Source of the DNA: a candidate division FCPU426 bacterium
GTDB taxonomy: Bacteria; Oederibacteriota; Muellerivitia; Muellerivitales; Muellerivitaceae
DNA: 64,000 nucleotides
NCBI GenBank assembly: GCA_963796105.1
Contig: CAWCKJ010000004.1
Location: 928,001-992,000 of the forward strand
Reading direction: 5' to 3'
In this document: piece by piece, positions 20,463 to 30,400 of the stretch
Layout of the letters: each line of letters begins with the position of its first letter
How positions within the stretch are numbered: the first letter of the stretch is position 1
The notes under the pieces: generated by a model
Databases searched by the model: none
What the model was told of the DNA's origin: nothing
The model's input: only the letters and a program-made list of their open reading frames with translations
Position numbers and translations under genes: made by a program

Positions 20463-20849
20463 ATGCTGTCACGAAAAAACTTTCTTTCACCCTCCCTTTC
20501 ATCAGGTTCTTTTTATTCGGCCACATTCGTACCGGCGCTCTTGGCTTGGGCGATATTGGCGGTCTATCAGCCTGTCCTGTCCTTGAATCCGTTAAGCGGC
20601 GTCTCTCCTTGGCCCTTATCCATCGCCGCTGATTTGGTTTTTCTTTTCGTGGTGATGAACCTCTTCGTTTCCTCATTTCTCTCCCCCGATTATTCCATGG
20701 TTTTCCGCTTGTTTCTCGCCGGGATGGCGGGACTGGCTTTTTACGAGGGGCTTCTGGGAGCGCTGGATTCAGCGTTTGGCCAGCTCTTTTGGGGATGGAC
20801 CTTGGCCGGCTTCCACCACCTTTTATTCCAAAAGGGGAGGCAGGTTTGA
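20463..20849 (+). CDS. Small membrane protein, possibly degenerate Mrp/Mnh DUF4040-like subunit
   Basis: Hydrophobic; 'GALDSAFGQLFWG' loosely resembles the APDVALTEA..G motif; translationally coupled to next gene. Confidence 0.4.
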   Translation: MLSRKNFLSPSLSSGSFYSATFVPALLAWAILAVYQPVLSLNPLSGVSPWPLSIAADLVFLFVVMNLFVSSFLSPDYSMVFRLFLAGMAGLAFYEGLLGALDSAFGQLFWGWTLAGFHHLLFQKGRQV

Positions 20850-21385
20850 GAAGGGCTTCCTGGGTATTCACGGCTCTTTTAGGCGCGGTGATGTTATACG
20901 CCTGCGCCCAGCTTCCTGGGACCTTGGACCCCTCATCCCCATTGGCCTCCCACGTGACCAACCGTTTCCTGGAAAGGGCCGCCCAGGAAACAGGCTGGCC
21001 GCATCCTGTCCCGGCGATCTTATGTGATTACCGTGGATTCGACCTTTTCGTTTTAGCCGTCTTTTTCCTCGGCGTGGTTTGGTTGAACCTTCTCCTGGGC
21101 TTGGAAGAGGACTCCCATCTTTCCTTGCGGGGAAGAAACGGGAAAGCCATGCTGCTGGGCCTTCTAGGTTCGGGGATCGGATTATTCCTGGGGATGTACA
21201 GCCTTTGGAAAGGATACAATTTCCTGGATTTTGACCCGTTGGCGTTCTTGTTCAAACCAGCCCTGGCCCGTAGGGCCGGGTCCGCTTTATTAGGACTGGG
21301 AGCCTTCCTGGCCTTGGCGGGAGTCCTGCTTTCTTTCCCCCGCAAACCGGCTCCCAGGAAGAAGGAGGAAACCCATGACCATTGA
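20846..21385 (+). CDS. MrpB/MnhB-like subunit (divergent)
   Basis: 'AILCDYRGFD' motif; TTG start overlapping upstream TGA with GGGGAGG RBS. Confidence 0.65.
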   Translation: MRRASWVFTALLGAVMLYACAQLPGTLDPSSPLASHVTNRFLERAAQETGWPHPVPAILCDYRGFDLFVLAVFFLGVVWLNLLLGLEEDSHLSLRGRNGKAMLLGLLGSGIGLFLGMYSLWKGYNFLDFDPLAFLFKPALARRAGSALLGLGAFLALAGVLLSFPRKPAPRKKEETHDH

Positions 21386-21716
21386 ATGGGAATTTTTTTT
21401 CCACTACGCCTTACTTGCCTTCCTCTGCCTGGTGGGATTCCATGGTCTTTTTTTCCATGAGAACCTGCTGAAAAAAGTCCTATCGCTGGCTCTTTTCCAG
21501 TCTGGAGTGATCCTACTGCTTTTATCCCTGGCGGATGTCCGGCAAAAAGCAGGTATTTCCCCCGCCGAATTGAATCCCCTGGGCCATGCCTGGGCCCTCC
21601 TGCTGGTGTTTTCTTTCGTCGGGATCACCTTGGCGCTCTTGGTTTTTTGCGCGGCTTTTTACCGGAAATACGGGTCACTTGAGCCAGCCGAAATCGATAA
21701 ACGGAACCCGCTTTGA
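21375..21716 (+). CDS. MrpC/MnhC-like (NuoK-like) subunit
   Basis: 3 TM; 'GFHGLF..NLLKKVLSL..FQSGVIL', 'NPLGH', 'YRKYGSLE..EI'. Confidence 0.75.
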   Translation: MTIEWEFFFHYALLAFLCLVGFHGLFFHENLLKKVLSLALFQSGVILLLLSLADVRQKAGISPAELNPLGHAWALLLVFSFVGITLALLVFCAAFYRKYGSLEPAEIDKRNPL

Positions 21717-23224
21717 AAGAACACCTGCCTATCCTCATTCTTCTTACGCCCCTAATGGGAGCGTTTCTTTGCGCCGCGTCCTCTTTTTTCCCCGGCAGGT
21801 TCACCCGGATTTTTGCCGCGCTCTCCCTCGTACTCGGGCTGGTTTTGACGATGGTCAGTTTCCGCGCCTTGCTTTCAACCGGAATCTGGCGGTATGAAAT
21901 GGGCGGCTGGCCCCCGCCCTGGGGCATTGAAATCGTCCTGACCCCCTATACGGCCTTCCTGGCTTGCGTTTTACTGGCGCTGTCCCTGGCGGTCCTGGTT
22001 TACCTGGGCGGTTTGCGCTGGACGGCTCCAGGGGGAGTTTGGGGGGAAAACCTCGCGTATTCTTTTCTTCTTTTGATGACCACGGCGGCATTGGCGCTTC
22101 TATTCACGAGGGATACGGTCAATTTCTTCCTATTCCTGGAGGTATTCCTGGCCGCGGGAGCCGGCCTCCTGGCCTCCCTGGGCGAGAAAGCCTGGCTGGC
22201 GGCTTTTTATCTTTTTTTCTGGGGGTCCGCCGGGGCGGCCCTGTACCTCGCGGGCATCGTGTTTCTTTACGCTGGCACCGCCACGGCGAACCTGGATGAT
22301 ATCCTCGCCCAGCTATTCATCTCCAAGAATTTCCCGGTGGCCCTGACAGGCTGTTTTTTCCTGGGACTGGGTTTTATTTATCCCCTGGTTTTTCCCGCGC
22401 CTTTCTTTTTCCAAAAAACCTTGAATCGGATCCCGGCTTTTCTTCTGGGTTTCTTTTCCTCGGTCCTTCCCAGGCTGGCGGCGGTTTTATTATTTAGTTT
22501 TTATTTTTTCATGCTGGACATCCCCGGAATGATGGTTCCCCCTTGGATCGGAGCCCTGGGTTACCTGGTTTCCCTGGCGTTCCTGACAGGCTTTTTCTTC
22601 GCGTCCAGGCAGAAAGACTATTTGCCCACGCTGGGTTTCCTGAGCGCGGCCCAAATGGGTTTTCTTTTCCTGGGATTCCACCTGGGAACCAAGAGCGCCT
22701 TGACCGGATCCCTTTTGGAGATCCTCAGCCAGGTCTTGACCGTGGCCGGGTTGTTTTTCATCGGGCAGAATTTGCGGGAGGATGCCGGCATCCTCTCCCT
22801 GACCCGGCTGGCTGGCATGGCCCGGCAGAAGCCCCTGGTGGGATTGGCGCTGGTGATTTTCGCCGCCTCCATCGTGGGGGTTCCCCCCACCGGGGGATTT
22901 TTCGGCAAGTGGTTCCTGGTCCAGGGGGCGATGGAAAAACACGATTGGCTGTCCTTGGCCACCCTGGCGGCGGTGACGGCTTTTAATTTCCTGTTTTTCG
23001 CCCGCTTGACCCGCCTGATCTACGAGCACCGCCCGGATTATCCGGCGCTGCCCTCCACGCCCCTGAAATCCAGGCTGCCGGTGTGGCTGTTGGCCGCCGC
23101 CATCCTTCTTTTGGGAATTTTCCACGAGGGGTTGATCCACCAGTTCGTCGAGCCTGCCCTGCCCAAGGCCTTCCAGAACCTGCCCGTGCCCAACGTGCCT
23201 TTCCTGGGCAAGGAAGTGGAGTAA
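21713..23224 (+). CDS. MrpD/MnhD-like proton-conducting membrane subunit (divergent)
   Basis: 'YEMGGWPPPWGIE', 'NFFLFLEV', 'GVPPTGGFFGKW'. Confidence 0.8.
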   Translation: MKEHLPILILLTPLMGAFLCAASSFFPGRFTRIFAALSLVLGLVLTMVSFRALLSTGIWRYEMGGWPPPWGIEIVLTPYTAFLACVLLALSLAVLVYLGGLRWTAPGGVWGENLAYSFLLLMTTAALALLFTRDTVNFFLFLEVFLAAGAGLLASLGEKAWLAAFYLFFWGSAGAALYLAGIVFLYAGTATANLDDILAQLFISKNFPVALTGCFFLGLGFIYPLVFPAPFFFQKTLNRIPAFLLGFFSSVLPRLAAVLLFSFYFFMLDIPGMMVPPWIGALGYLVSLAFLTGFFFASRQKDYLPTLGFLSAAQMGFLFLGFHLGTKSALTGSLLEILSQVLTVAGLFFIGQNLREDAGILSLTRLAGMARQKPLVGLALVIFAASIVGVPPTGGFFGKWFLVQGAMEKHDWLSLATLAAVTAFNFLFFARLTRLIYEHRPDYPALPSTPLKSRLPVWLLAAAILLLGIFHEGLIHQFVEPALPKAFQNLPVPNVPFLGKEVE

Positions 23225-23416
23225 AAGACTAAAAAATTCTAAATCCAACACAGGTTCTTTCTGAACCACAAAGACACAGTTGTAAAAAGTCTGAAAATTA
23301 ACAGGTTATAGGCGTCAACGACTCTTCGCTATGAGGCAAAGAGTACTGTACGGCGCGAAGCGACAAAGTGGTAAAGCTTTAAGTAAAACTTTGATGGCCG
23401 CTGAACCTGCGGCTCT

Positions 23417-24553
23417 CTACGGTCTTGCTGGCCGGCCCCATTTATTCCGGAAATAGAGGTTGGCGGGCATTTCGAAGTAACGGAAAGACAAATAGGCCAA
23501 ACCAGTCACCGCGCAGGCGAAAATAAGATAAGCCAGACACTCGTTTGTTCCCTCCAAGACAGGCCAAAGGAAAAAGAGAACCAAGGGGTGAAGCAGGTAT
23601 CCGCCGTAGCTTAATTTGCCCGGGAAGCAAACCCATCCCCAGCCTTTGGAATTGAAGAAGTCCAGATGGATCCCCCCAAGCATGAAAAAGAAGGCCCCGA
23701 ATCCCATGCAGGTGAGACCGTAGGTGTGGTTCCAGAAATCCGCCCTGAAATCGTAATGAAAATAATTGAGCAGGAACAAGGCCAACCCCGCGAGGCAGAA
23801 ATACAGGCTTTCAGCCTTGTGGTTCTTGAGATAGGCTCCCAGGCGCTCAGAAGCGATATAAAGAAGGCAGCCCATGGCGATCCAGCTGTAGGGCAGGATG
23901 GGGGATGTGTCCAACCAGGGCCGGCTAGGCGAAACCAGGAGCTGAGTAATGTTGAAAAAAGGCGGAAAAAACACGAGGCTCGCCAGAAAGAAAACTAACT
24001 TTCTAACATCTCCCAGTTGCCTCAAGAGAATGGGATATAAAAGGTAGAACTGTTCCTCCACCGACAAACTCCAAAGCACGTCCCAGTGCAATCCGTAACT
24101 GGGGGTGGTATGGAAATGCACAGTGCGGTACCAATTGAACCAAAAAGTAGAGATTGAGAGCCAAAAAGAGGGGGTCAAAGGGACATGTGGATTCGTCATG
24201 CAGTTTTCAAAAGCCTTGGAAGCGGCGTGCGGGATTGAAAGCGCGATAATCCCGGCAAGGATGGAAAGTGAGAGAAGCGGGACAATCCGGCCGAAACGCC
24301 GGACGTAAAAATCCCTGAAGTCAGGCTGAAATAATCCTCCCGGATTGGACGCGATCAACCTGGTGATGACGAAGCCCGAAACCACGAAAAAAACACTTAC
24401 CCCCAGGGCGCCGTTGTACCAAAGCTTCCACCAAATAAACGCGAGAATATCGGATGAGAAAGGGTGGGTGATGAACCGCTGGCCCAAGTGGACGCTTAAA
24501 ACCGACAGGATCGCGAAGGAACGGGCCACGTCGATGACGGCTATTCTTTTCAT
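23417..24553 (-). CDS. Acyltransferase-3 (OafA/YrhL-like) membrane O-acyltransferase
   Basis: 'IDVARSFAIL.V..H', 'GVSVFFVVSGFVI', 'FYVRRFGRIVP', 'WSLSVEEQFYL', 'SFRYFEMP'. Confidence 0.9.
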   Translation of the reverse strand: MKRIAVIDVARSFAILSVLSVHLGQRFITHPFSSDILAFIWWKLWYNGALGVSVFFVVSGFVITRLIASNPGGLFQPDFRDFYVRRFGRIVPLLSLSILAGIIALSIPHAASKAFENCMTNPHVPLTPSFWLSISTFWFNWYRTVHFHTTPSYGLHWDVLWSLSVEEQFYLLYPILLRQLGDVRKLVFFLASLVFFPPFFNITQLLVSPSRPWLDTSPILPYSWIAMGCLLYIASERLGAYLKNHKAESLYFCLAGLALFLLNYFHYDFRADFWNHTYGLTCMGFGAFFFMLGGIHLDFFNSKGWGWVCFPGKLSYGGYLLHPLVLFFLWPVLEGTNECLAYLIFACAVTGLAYLSFRYFEMPANLYFRNKWGRPARP

Positions 24554-24747
24554 GAATCGGGACTTCCTGGAAAATAATTTGCGAGTAAAACTCGAGTTTT
24601 GAAACCGCTTTATTTTAGCAATTTGTAACTCGAATAGGCGAAGTGTCAGGCCAGATTCGGCCCATGAATCCCGGAATAACCTCCGGCCGCTCGATGGGAG
24701 TTATAATGATTGAGGCTAAAAGATGATCCTTACCCAAGGCGGGCTTC

Positions 24748-27204
24748 TTGAAGTTCAAATTACTAAGGTTTTTCAAACGGATAGCCCCCCTGTTTTTGAT
24801 GGGATCGTCAGGGACTGTTTATTCCGGGGTTTGTCCTAACATCATCGTCGACCAGTTCGGGTACCAAACCGCCGCGCCCAAGCTCGTCATCTTCTCCCAG
24901 CCAGTCTCTGGCATCGGAAGTCCTTCCACTTTCACCCCGGGGCCGGCCTTCAACCTCATCAACGCCTCCGCCGGCGCCACGGTTTTTACCGGAAGCGTCT
25001 CCCAATGGGGCGCTGGGGGAGTGCACACCCAATCGGGGGACATGGCTTGGCAGGGGGATTTTTCAACCTACACCACTCCCGGCTTTTACTATATCCAAGT
25101 TCCCGGGGGGTCCAATCCGGGAAGCCAGTCCTATCATTTCCAAATCAACGACGCCGTATACAACGGCGTAGTGACAGCCTCCCAGCGGATGTTTTTCTAC
25201 CAACGCTGCGGGGGGGATATAACCCCTGCCAACGGGGGAAGCTGGAACCACGCCGCTTGCCACGAGGGGGAGGGCCAGGACCTTTCAGCGGACCTTTGGG
25301 ACAACAACGCGGACCAAGGCGCTGGAACGACGCTGAACGTCCACGGCGGATGGCATGACGCGGGGGATTACGGCAAATATGTCACCTTCGCCCACAGCAC
25401 ACTCTGGTACCTTCTGCACTCGGTGGAATGGTTTCCCGCGGGCTACACGGACAACACCAACATCCCGGAATCGGGAAACGGGGTTCCGGACATGCTGGAC
25501 GAGGCGAAGTGGGAATTGGACTGGATGCTCCGCATGCAGCGCTCCGACGGGGCACTTTATTCCATGGTGGGTTACGGCCCCAACGGCAGTAATAACCAAG
25601 GAAATCCCGCCAACGACACCATTCAGCGCTTCTACACCAACGTTTCCACCACCGCCACGGCCACGGGCGCCATGGCCTTCGCCCTCGGCTCGCGCGTATT
25701 CAAGAATTATCCACCCTGCGCCTCCTACGCCGTGACCTTGAAAAACGCGGCTGTTTCGGCCTGGGGATACCTGGCGGCCAACCCCAACCCTGTCACGTTC
25801 AATTCCACGGGCATCTCCAGCGCCAACGCGAACCAGGGGCCGGGGTGGGACGCTGAAGCGAGGGTTGGCGCCGCGGCGGAACTTTTCGCCCTGACGGGAA
25901 ACACCGCCTATCAGGCCTATTTCGACAGCTATTACAACTCGGCCTCGGTGACGGATAGCGGGGGATTCCAGCCCGTTCACAATCCCCCCAGGCCCTACGG
26001 CGATTGGTTCGATCCAAGCCTTTCGGAACCCCTCGAGCTGGGGATGATTTCCTACTGCCTGGCGCCGGGCGCCACCGCCGCCGTGGTTGCCTCCATTCAG
26101 AACGCCTTGACGAATGAAATCGAGTGGAACATCATGCCGAACAACCCCGGGACCAGCGCGAGCGGGGACCCCTATATGGGTTATATGTTTGACGGCCATT
26201 ACTGCTGGGGCTCCAACCAGATGAAGGCTTCCTGGGGGAACCAGCTTTTGTTCGCGGTGAAAATCGGCGCGAATCCTTCCCGGAACACCGCTTATACCAA
26301 CCAGGCCGAGGAGTACCTCCATTACTTTCACGGGCGCAATCCCTTGAACTGGGTTTACTTGACCAACATGGGACCCAAGGGCGCCAACCTGGGGGCCAGC
26401 CAGAGTGTCATGTCCATTTTCCATAGCTGGTTCTGGCAGGGAACGATTTACGACGGCAATACCGGCGTCTCCGCCATCGGGCCCGCGCCCGGCATCCTGC
26501 CGGGAGGGCCGAACCAATTTTACGTACCGGACGCGTCTTTCAACGGCACGATCTCGCCTCCCCAGAATGAGCCGGAAATGAAATCCTACAAGGATTGGGG
26601 AAATGGATGGCCGCAGGACGCCTGGGAAGTCACCGAGCCGGACCAAGGTTACCAGGGTCATTACCAGTTCTTGGTTTCGGCCTTCGCGGTTTCTGTTTCC
26701 TCGGCGGGAACCCCAAGCAAAACCATAACCCCGACACCTTCTTCCACCTTAACGCCCACGAGCACCCTGACTTCAACCACAACTATCACGCCTACTAATA
26801 TTCCGACCGCTACTCCGACTTTCACCAACACGCCCACTTCAACGCTTTCCCCAACACCGACGATGACCATGACCTTTACGCCCGCATTGACGAATACACC
26901 CACACCCACCAATACTTCCGGGCTTTCGATTGTGAGAGTATGGGATCCCTATCCCAATCCAGTACGGGGAGCCGGGCCTGTTACCTTCAACGTCCAAGGT
27001 CCACCGGGCGTCACCCTTACCTGGGGAGTTTTCACGACAGCCCTTAGAAAAATAAACGGCGGAACCAAGGTTGTTTCCGGAGATGGTTTTTTCACTTGGG
27101 CTTTGAGCGACAAGGATGGAAGGCCCGTCGCCAACGGGTTGTACTATTTTGCCGTTACTTCCCCCATAGGCCGGCAAATTTTCAAGATTTTAGTCCTGCC
27201 CTAA
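24748..27204 (+). CDS. Secreted glycoside hydrolase family 9 with N-terminal Ig-like domain, Thr/Pro linker and C-terminal sorting-like domain
   Basis: 'IVDQFGY', 'FFYQRCG', 'GGWHDAGDY' catalytic motif, 'WGSN', 'HYFHGRNP'; CTD 'YPNP...ANGLY...KILVL'. Confidence 0.88.
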   Translation: MKFKLLRFFKRIAPLFLMGSSGTVYSGVCPNIIVDQFGYQTAAPKLVIFSQPVSGIGSPSTFTPGPAFNLINASAGATVFTGSVSQWGAGGVHTQSGDMAWQGDFSTYTTPGFYYIQVPGGSNPGSQSYHFQINDAVYNGVVTASQRMFFYQRCGGDITPANGGSWNHAACHEGEGQDLSADLWDNNADQGAGTTLNVHGGWHDAGDYGKYVTFAHSTLWYLLHSVEWFPAGYTDNTNIPESGNGVPDMLDEAKWELDWMLRMQRSDGALYSMVGYGPNGSNNQGNPANDTIQRFYTNVSTTATATGAMAFALGSRVFKNYPPCASYAVTLKNAAVSAWGYLAANPNPVTFNSTGISSANANQGPGWDAEARVGAAAELFALTGNTAYQAYFDSYYNSASVTDSGGFQPVHNPPRPYGDWFDPSLSEPLELGMISYCLAPGATAAVVASIQNALTNEIEWNIMPNNPGTSASGDPYMGYMFDGHYCWGSNQMKASWGNQLLFAVKIGANPSRNTAYTNQAEEYLHYFHGRNPLNWVYLTNMGPKGANLGASQSVMSIFHSWFWQGTIYDGNTGVSAIGPAPGILPGGPNQFYVPDASFNGTISPPQNEPEMKSYKDWGNGWPQDAWEVTEPDQGYQGHYQFLVSAFAVSVSSAGTPSKTITPTPSSTLTPTSTLTSTTTITPTNIPTATPTFTNTPTSTLSPTPTMTMTFTPALTNTPTPTNTSGLSIVRVWDPYPNPVRGAGPVTFNVQGPPGVTLTWGVFTTALRKINGGTKVVSGDGFFTWALSDKDGRPVANGLYYFAVTSPIGRQIFKILVLP

Positions 27205-27467
27205 ATAGCTCTTTCCTCAAACTCAAATACTCCATTAAATTTTCCCGAGAATTTACAAATCCGGTCTGAAAAAGCGTTTTATCTTTGATTATTTCCGAAG
27301 TTTTCCCGGTTTTTATCCGGTGGGGGTTGTATTTCTTTGGGGGGATGAGTGATAAAATTACATTCTCGGTAAATATCATTTGAAATGAAAACGTTTTTAT
27401 GCCCGTAAATACGGTTAATCTAAGAAATCTTAATTTGGAAAATTTGGCGTAACCGGTTACTGAATAA

Positions 27468-30400
27468 TTGAAAACCATGAATTTTAAAATACACTCCAAA
27501 AGAAATATAAAACACCGAAATTGGATCCAAAAAGAAACCATCTTTTCGGTATTTGTTTTTTTATGGATGGGTTACATGATCCCGGTCCATGGCCAAGTCA
27601 TCGGGACCGGGACGGGAATCTGCGCCCAATATTACGCGGGCGAGAATTTCAATACTTTTTACTTCAATGAGACCGACCCGACCATCAACTCCAATTGGCC
27701 GGGGAACGGGGCAGCCCCCTCCAATGGATCGGTCACCATCCCCAACGGCCCCTTTTCAGTCAAGTGGTACGGATCGGTCCAGGCCCAGTATTCGGAACCT
27801 TATACTTTTTGTACCGACACGGACGACGGAGGAAGGCTTTGGGTCAATGGGGTCCAGCTAGTCAACGCTTGGGTGGACCAGGCGGCCACCTCCAATTGTG
27901 GTACCGTCACACTCGTGGCGGGACAATACTACAACATCGAGATGGATTATTACGAGAACGGCACTGGGCCGGCCAGCGCCCAGCTTTTCTGGTCCTCTCC
28001 CAGCACCCCTCAAACCATCATTCCCTCCACCCAGCTTTACTGCTCCTGCCTGCAGACCACCAAAACGGTCAGTCCAGGCGTGGTGGCGGACGGGGGATCT
28101 GTCACCTATATCCTAACGACCAGCAATTGCGGAAGCGCCCTGAGCAACGCCCAGGTTTGGGACACCCTGCCCTCCAATGTCACCTATGGAAGCAGCAATC
28201 CGCCCCCGTCAGTGAATTCCAATCCCTATTTCGTCTGGAACATCGGGTCCATGGCGGCCAGCCAGACCTACTCCGTGACGATCATCGCCACCGTGAACGC
28301 CGGAGTCCCGAACGGGACTTCGGTGACCAACGTGGCCAACGACCTGGCCACCGGCGTGGCGCCCTACCAGTCGGCCCCTGCCGTCTTCCGTGTTTTCAAC
28401 CCAGGCACCGAATTCGTCAAGTCCGCCAATCCCACCATGGTGTCGCCAGGCGGGCCCGTCACCTATAACCTCGTCTTCTTCAACCCAGCCCCGGCTCCCG
28501 TCACGGGATTCGCCCTGCAAGTGGACGACGGAGGACAGGCCTTCGGGGCCTACCGGATGAACACGGACTTCAACATCATCAACAATAGCGGGGCCGCGGT
28601 GAATATCTCCGATTTCACCATCAAGATGTGGATTTCGGACAATATCACTCCCAGTCAATTGGGCGACGGGGTTTATTACGGCGGGGCCGCCACGGATAAC
28701 AGCTGGAACGGTCCGGCGGTGGGAATCACGACCACGGCCCTGTCCTCCCCCATCACTTACCCGGCCAACCGGCAGGCCGCAATGGAAATCGACATTAAGA
28801 CCACCACCGCCGACACCTTGGCCAATGGGGTCACTTGGGGGGGAATCGAGACCTACCTCGCCCCGACCAGCATCCCCCTGCAGAACTATCCCAATTATTA
28901 CAGCCAGGACCCCGGGGCCGCCTACCAGCCGGGCCAGAATTACGGTTATTCCCTTTATTACCAGGGACAGCTGGTTTACGGGACATGCGCGCCCGGATAT
29001 ATCGAGCCCCTGGATCCCATTCCCACGAACGTCACCTATGTGGGAAGCAACCTGGGAGGGGCGGTCAGCAATAACAGCGTGTATTGGATGACCACTTGCC
29101 TTTACGGCCAGCAGTCCGTGACCTACACCTGGTGGGGGACAGTATCCTCGTCCGCCACGGCGGGGCAAATCATTCCCAATCAGGCGACCTTCAATGACGT
29201 CAATGTGGACAACCAGATTCCCCAGGGGCTTTCCAACAACGCCAATGTGACTGTCATCGGAACTCTTACCCCTACACCCACCGGGACAAGATCCCCGACC
29301 CCCACGCCCACGAGAACCCCGACCCCCACGGTGACGCCCACTCCCACCAACACCCCTACCCCGACGCCAACTCCCACGAAAACGAACACACCCACGCCCA
29401 CCCCAACTCCGACTCCCACTCCTACCAACACTCCCACGCCAACCCCGACCAACACGCCTACTCGGACCCCCACTCCTACACCGACGAATACCCCGACGCC
29501 CACCCCGACGAATACGCCTACCCGGACTCCGACTCCCACTCCGACCAATACTCCCACGCCCACCCCCACTCCTACACCGACGAATACCCCGACTCCAACC
29601 CCGACGAATACACCTACCCGGACTCCGACTCCCACTCCGACCAATACTCCCACGCCTACCCCCACCCCCACTCCATCTCCTACGCCGACCAACACGCCCA
29701 CACGGACCCCCACACCCACTCCGACTTCCACCCCAACACCCACGCCAACCCCCACTCCCACGAATACCCCGACCAGAACTCCGACCCCGACTCCGACGAC
29801 TACTCCCACCCCCACCCCAACGCCAAGCCCGACGATGACGCCGACCCGAACTCCCACTCCCACACCCACTACGACCCCTACACCCACGCCGACTCTCACA
29901 CTGACCCCAACACCTACGAACACCCCGACGCCTACGCCGACCAGGACCCCGACGCCTACTCCCACACCCACGCCGACTAATACCCCCACTAACACACCCA
30001 CCCCCACCCCGACAACAACCCCGACACCCACGCCGACCAGGACCCCCACTCCCACACCGACTAACACGCCTACCCCCACTCCTACCACAACCCCCACTCC
30101 GACACCTACCAATACCCCGACGAGGACGCCGACACCCACCCCGACTCATACGCCGACCACCACGCCTACGCCTACTCCGACACCCACACCCACGATCACA
30201 CCCACACCTACCCCCAGCCCGACCGGGACGCAATCGCCCACGAACACGCCGACCGTGACCCCCACCCGAACCCCGACCCCGACTCCGACGAATACCCCTA
30301 CCATCACCCCTACTCCCACGCCGACCAATACTCCCACGCGAACGCCTACGCCAACCCCAACTCCGACCCCAACGACCACGCCTACGAATACGCCAACGAA

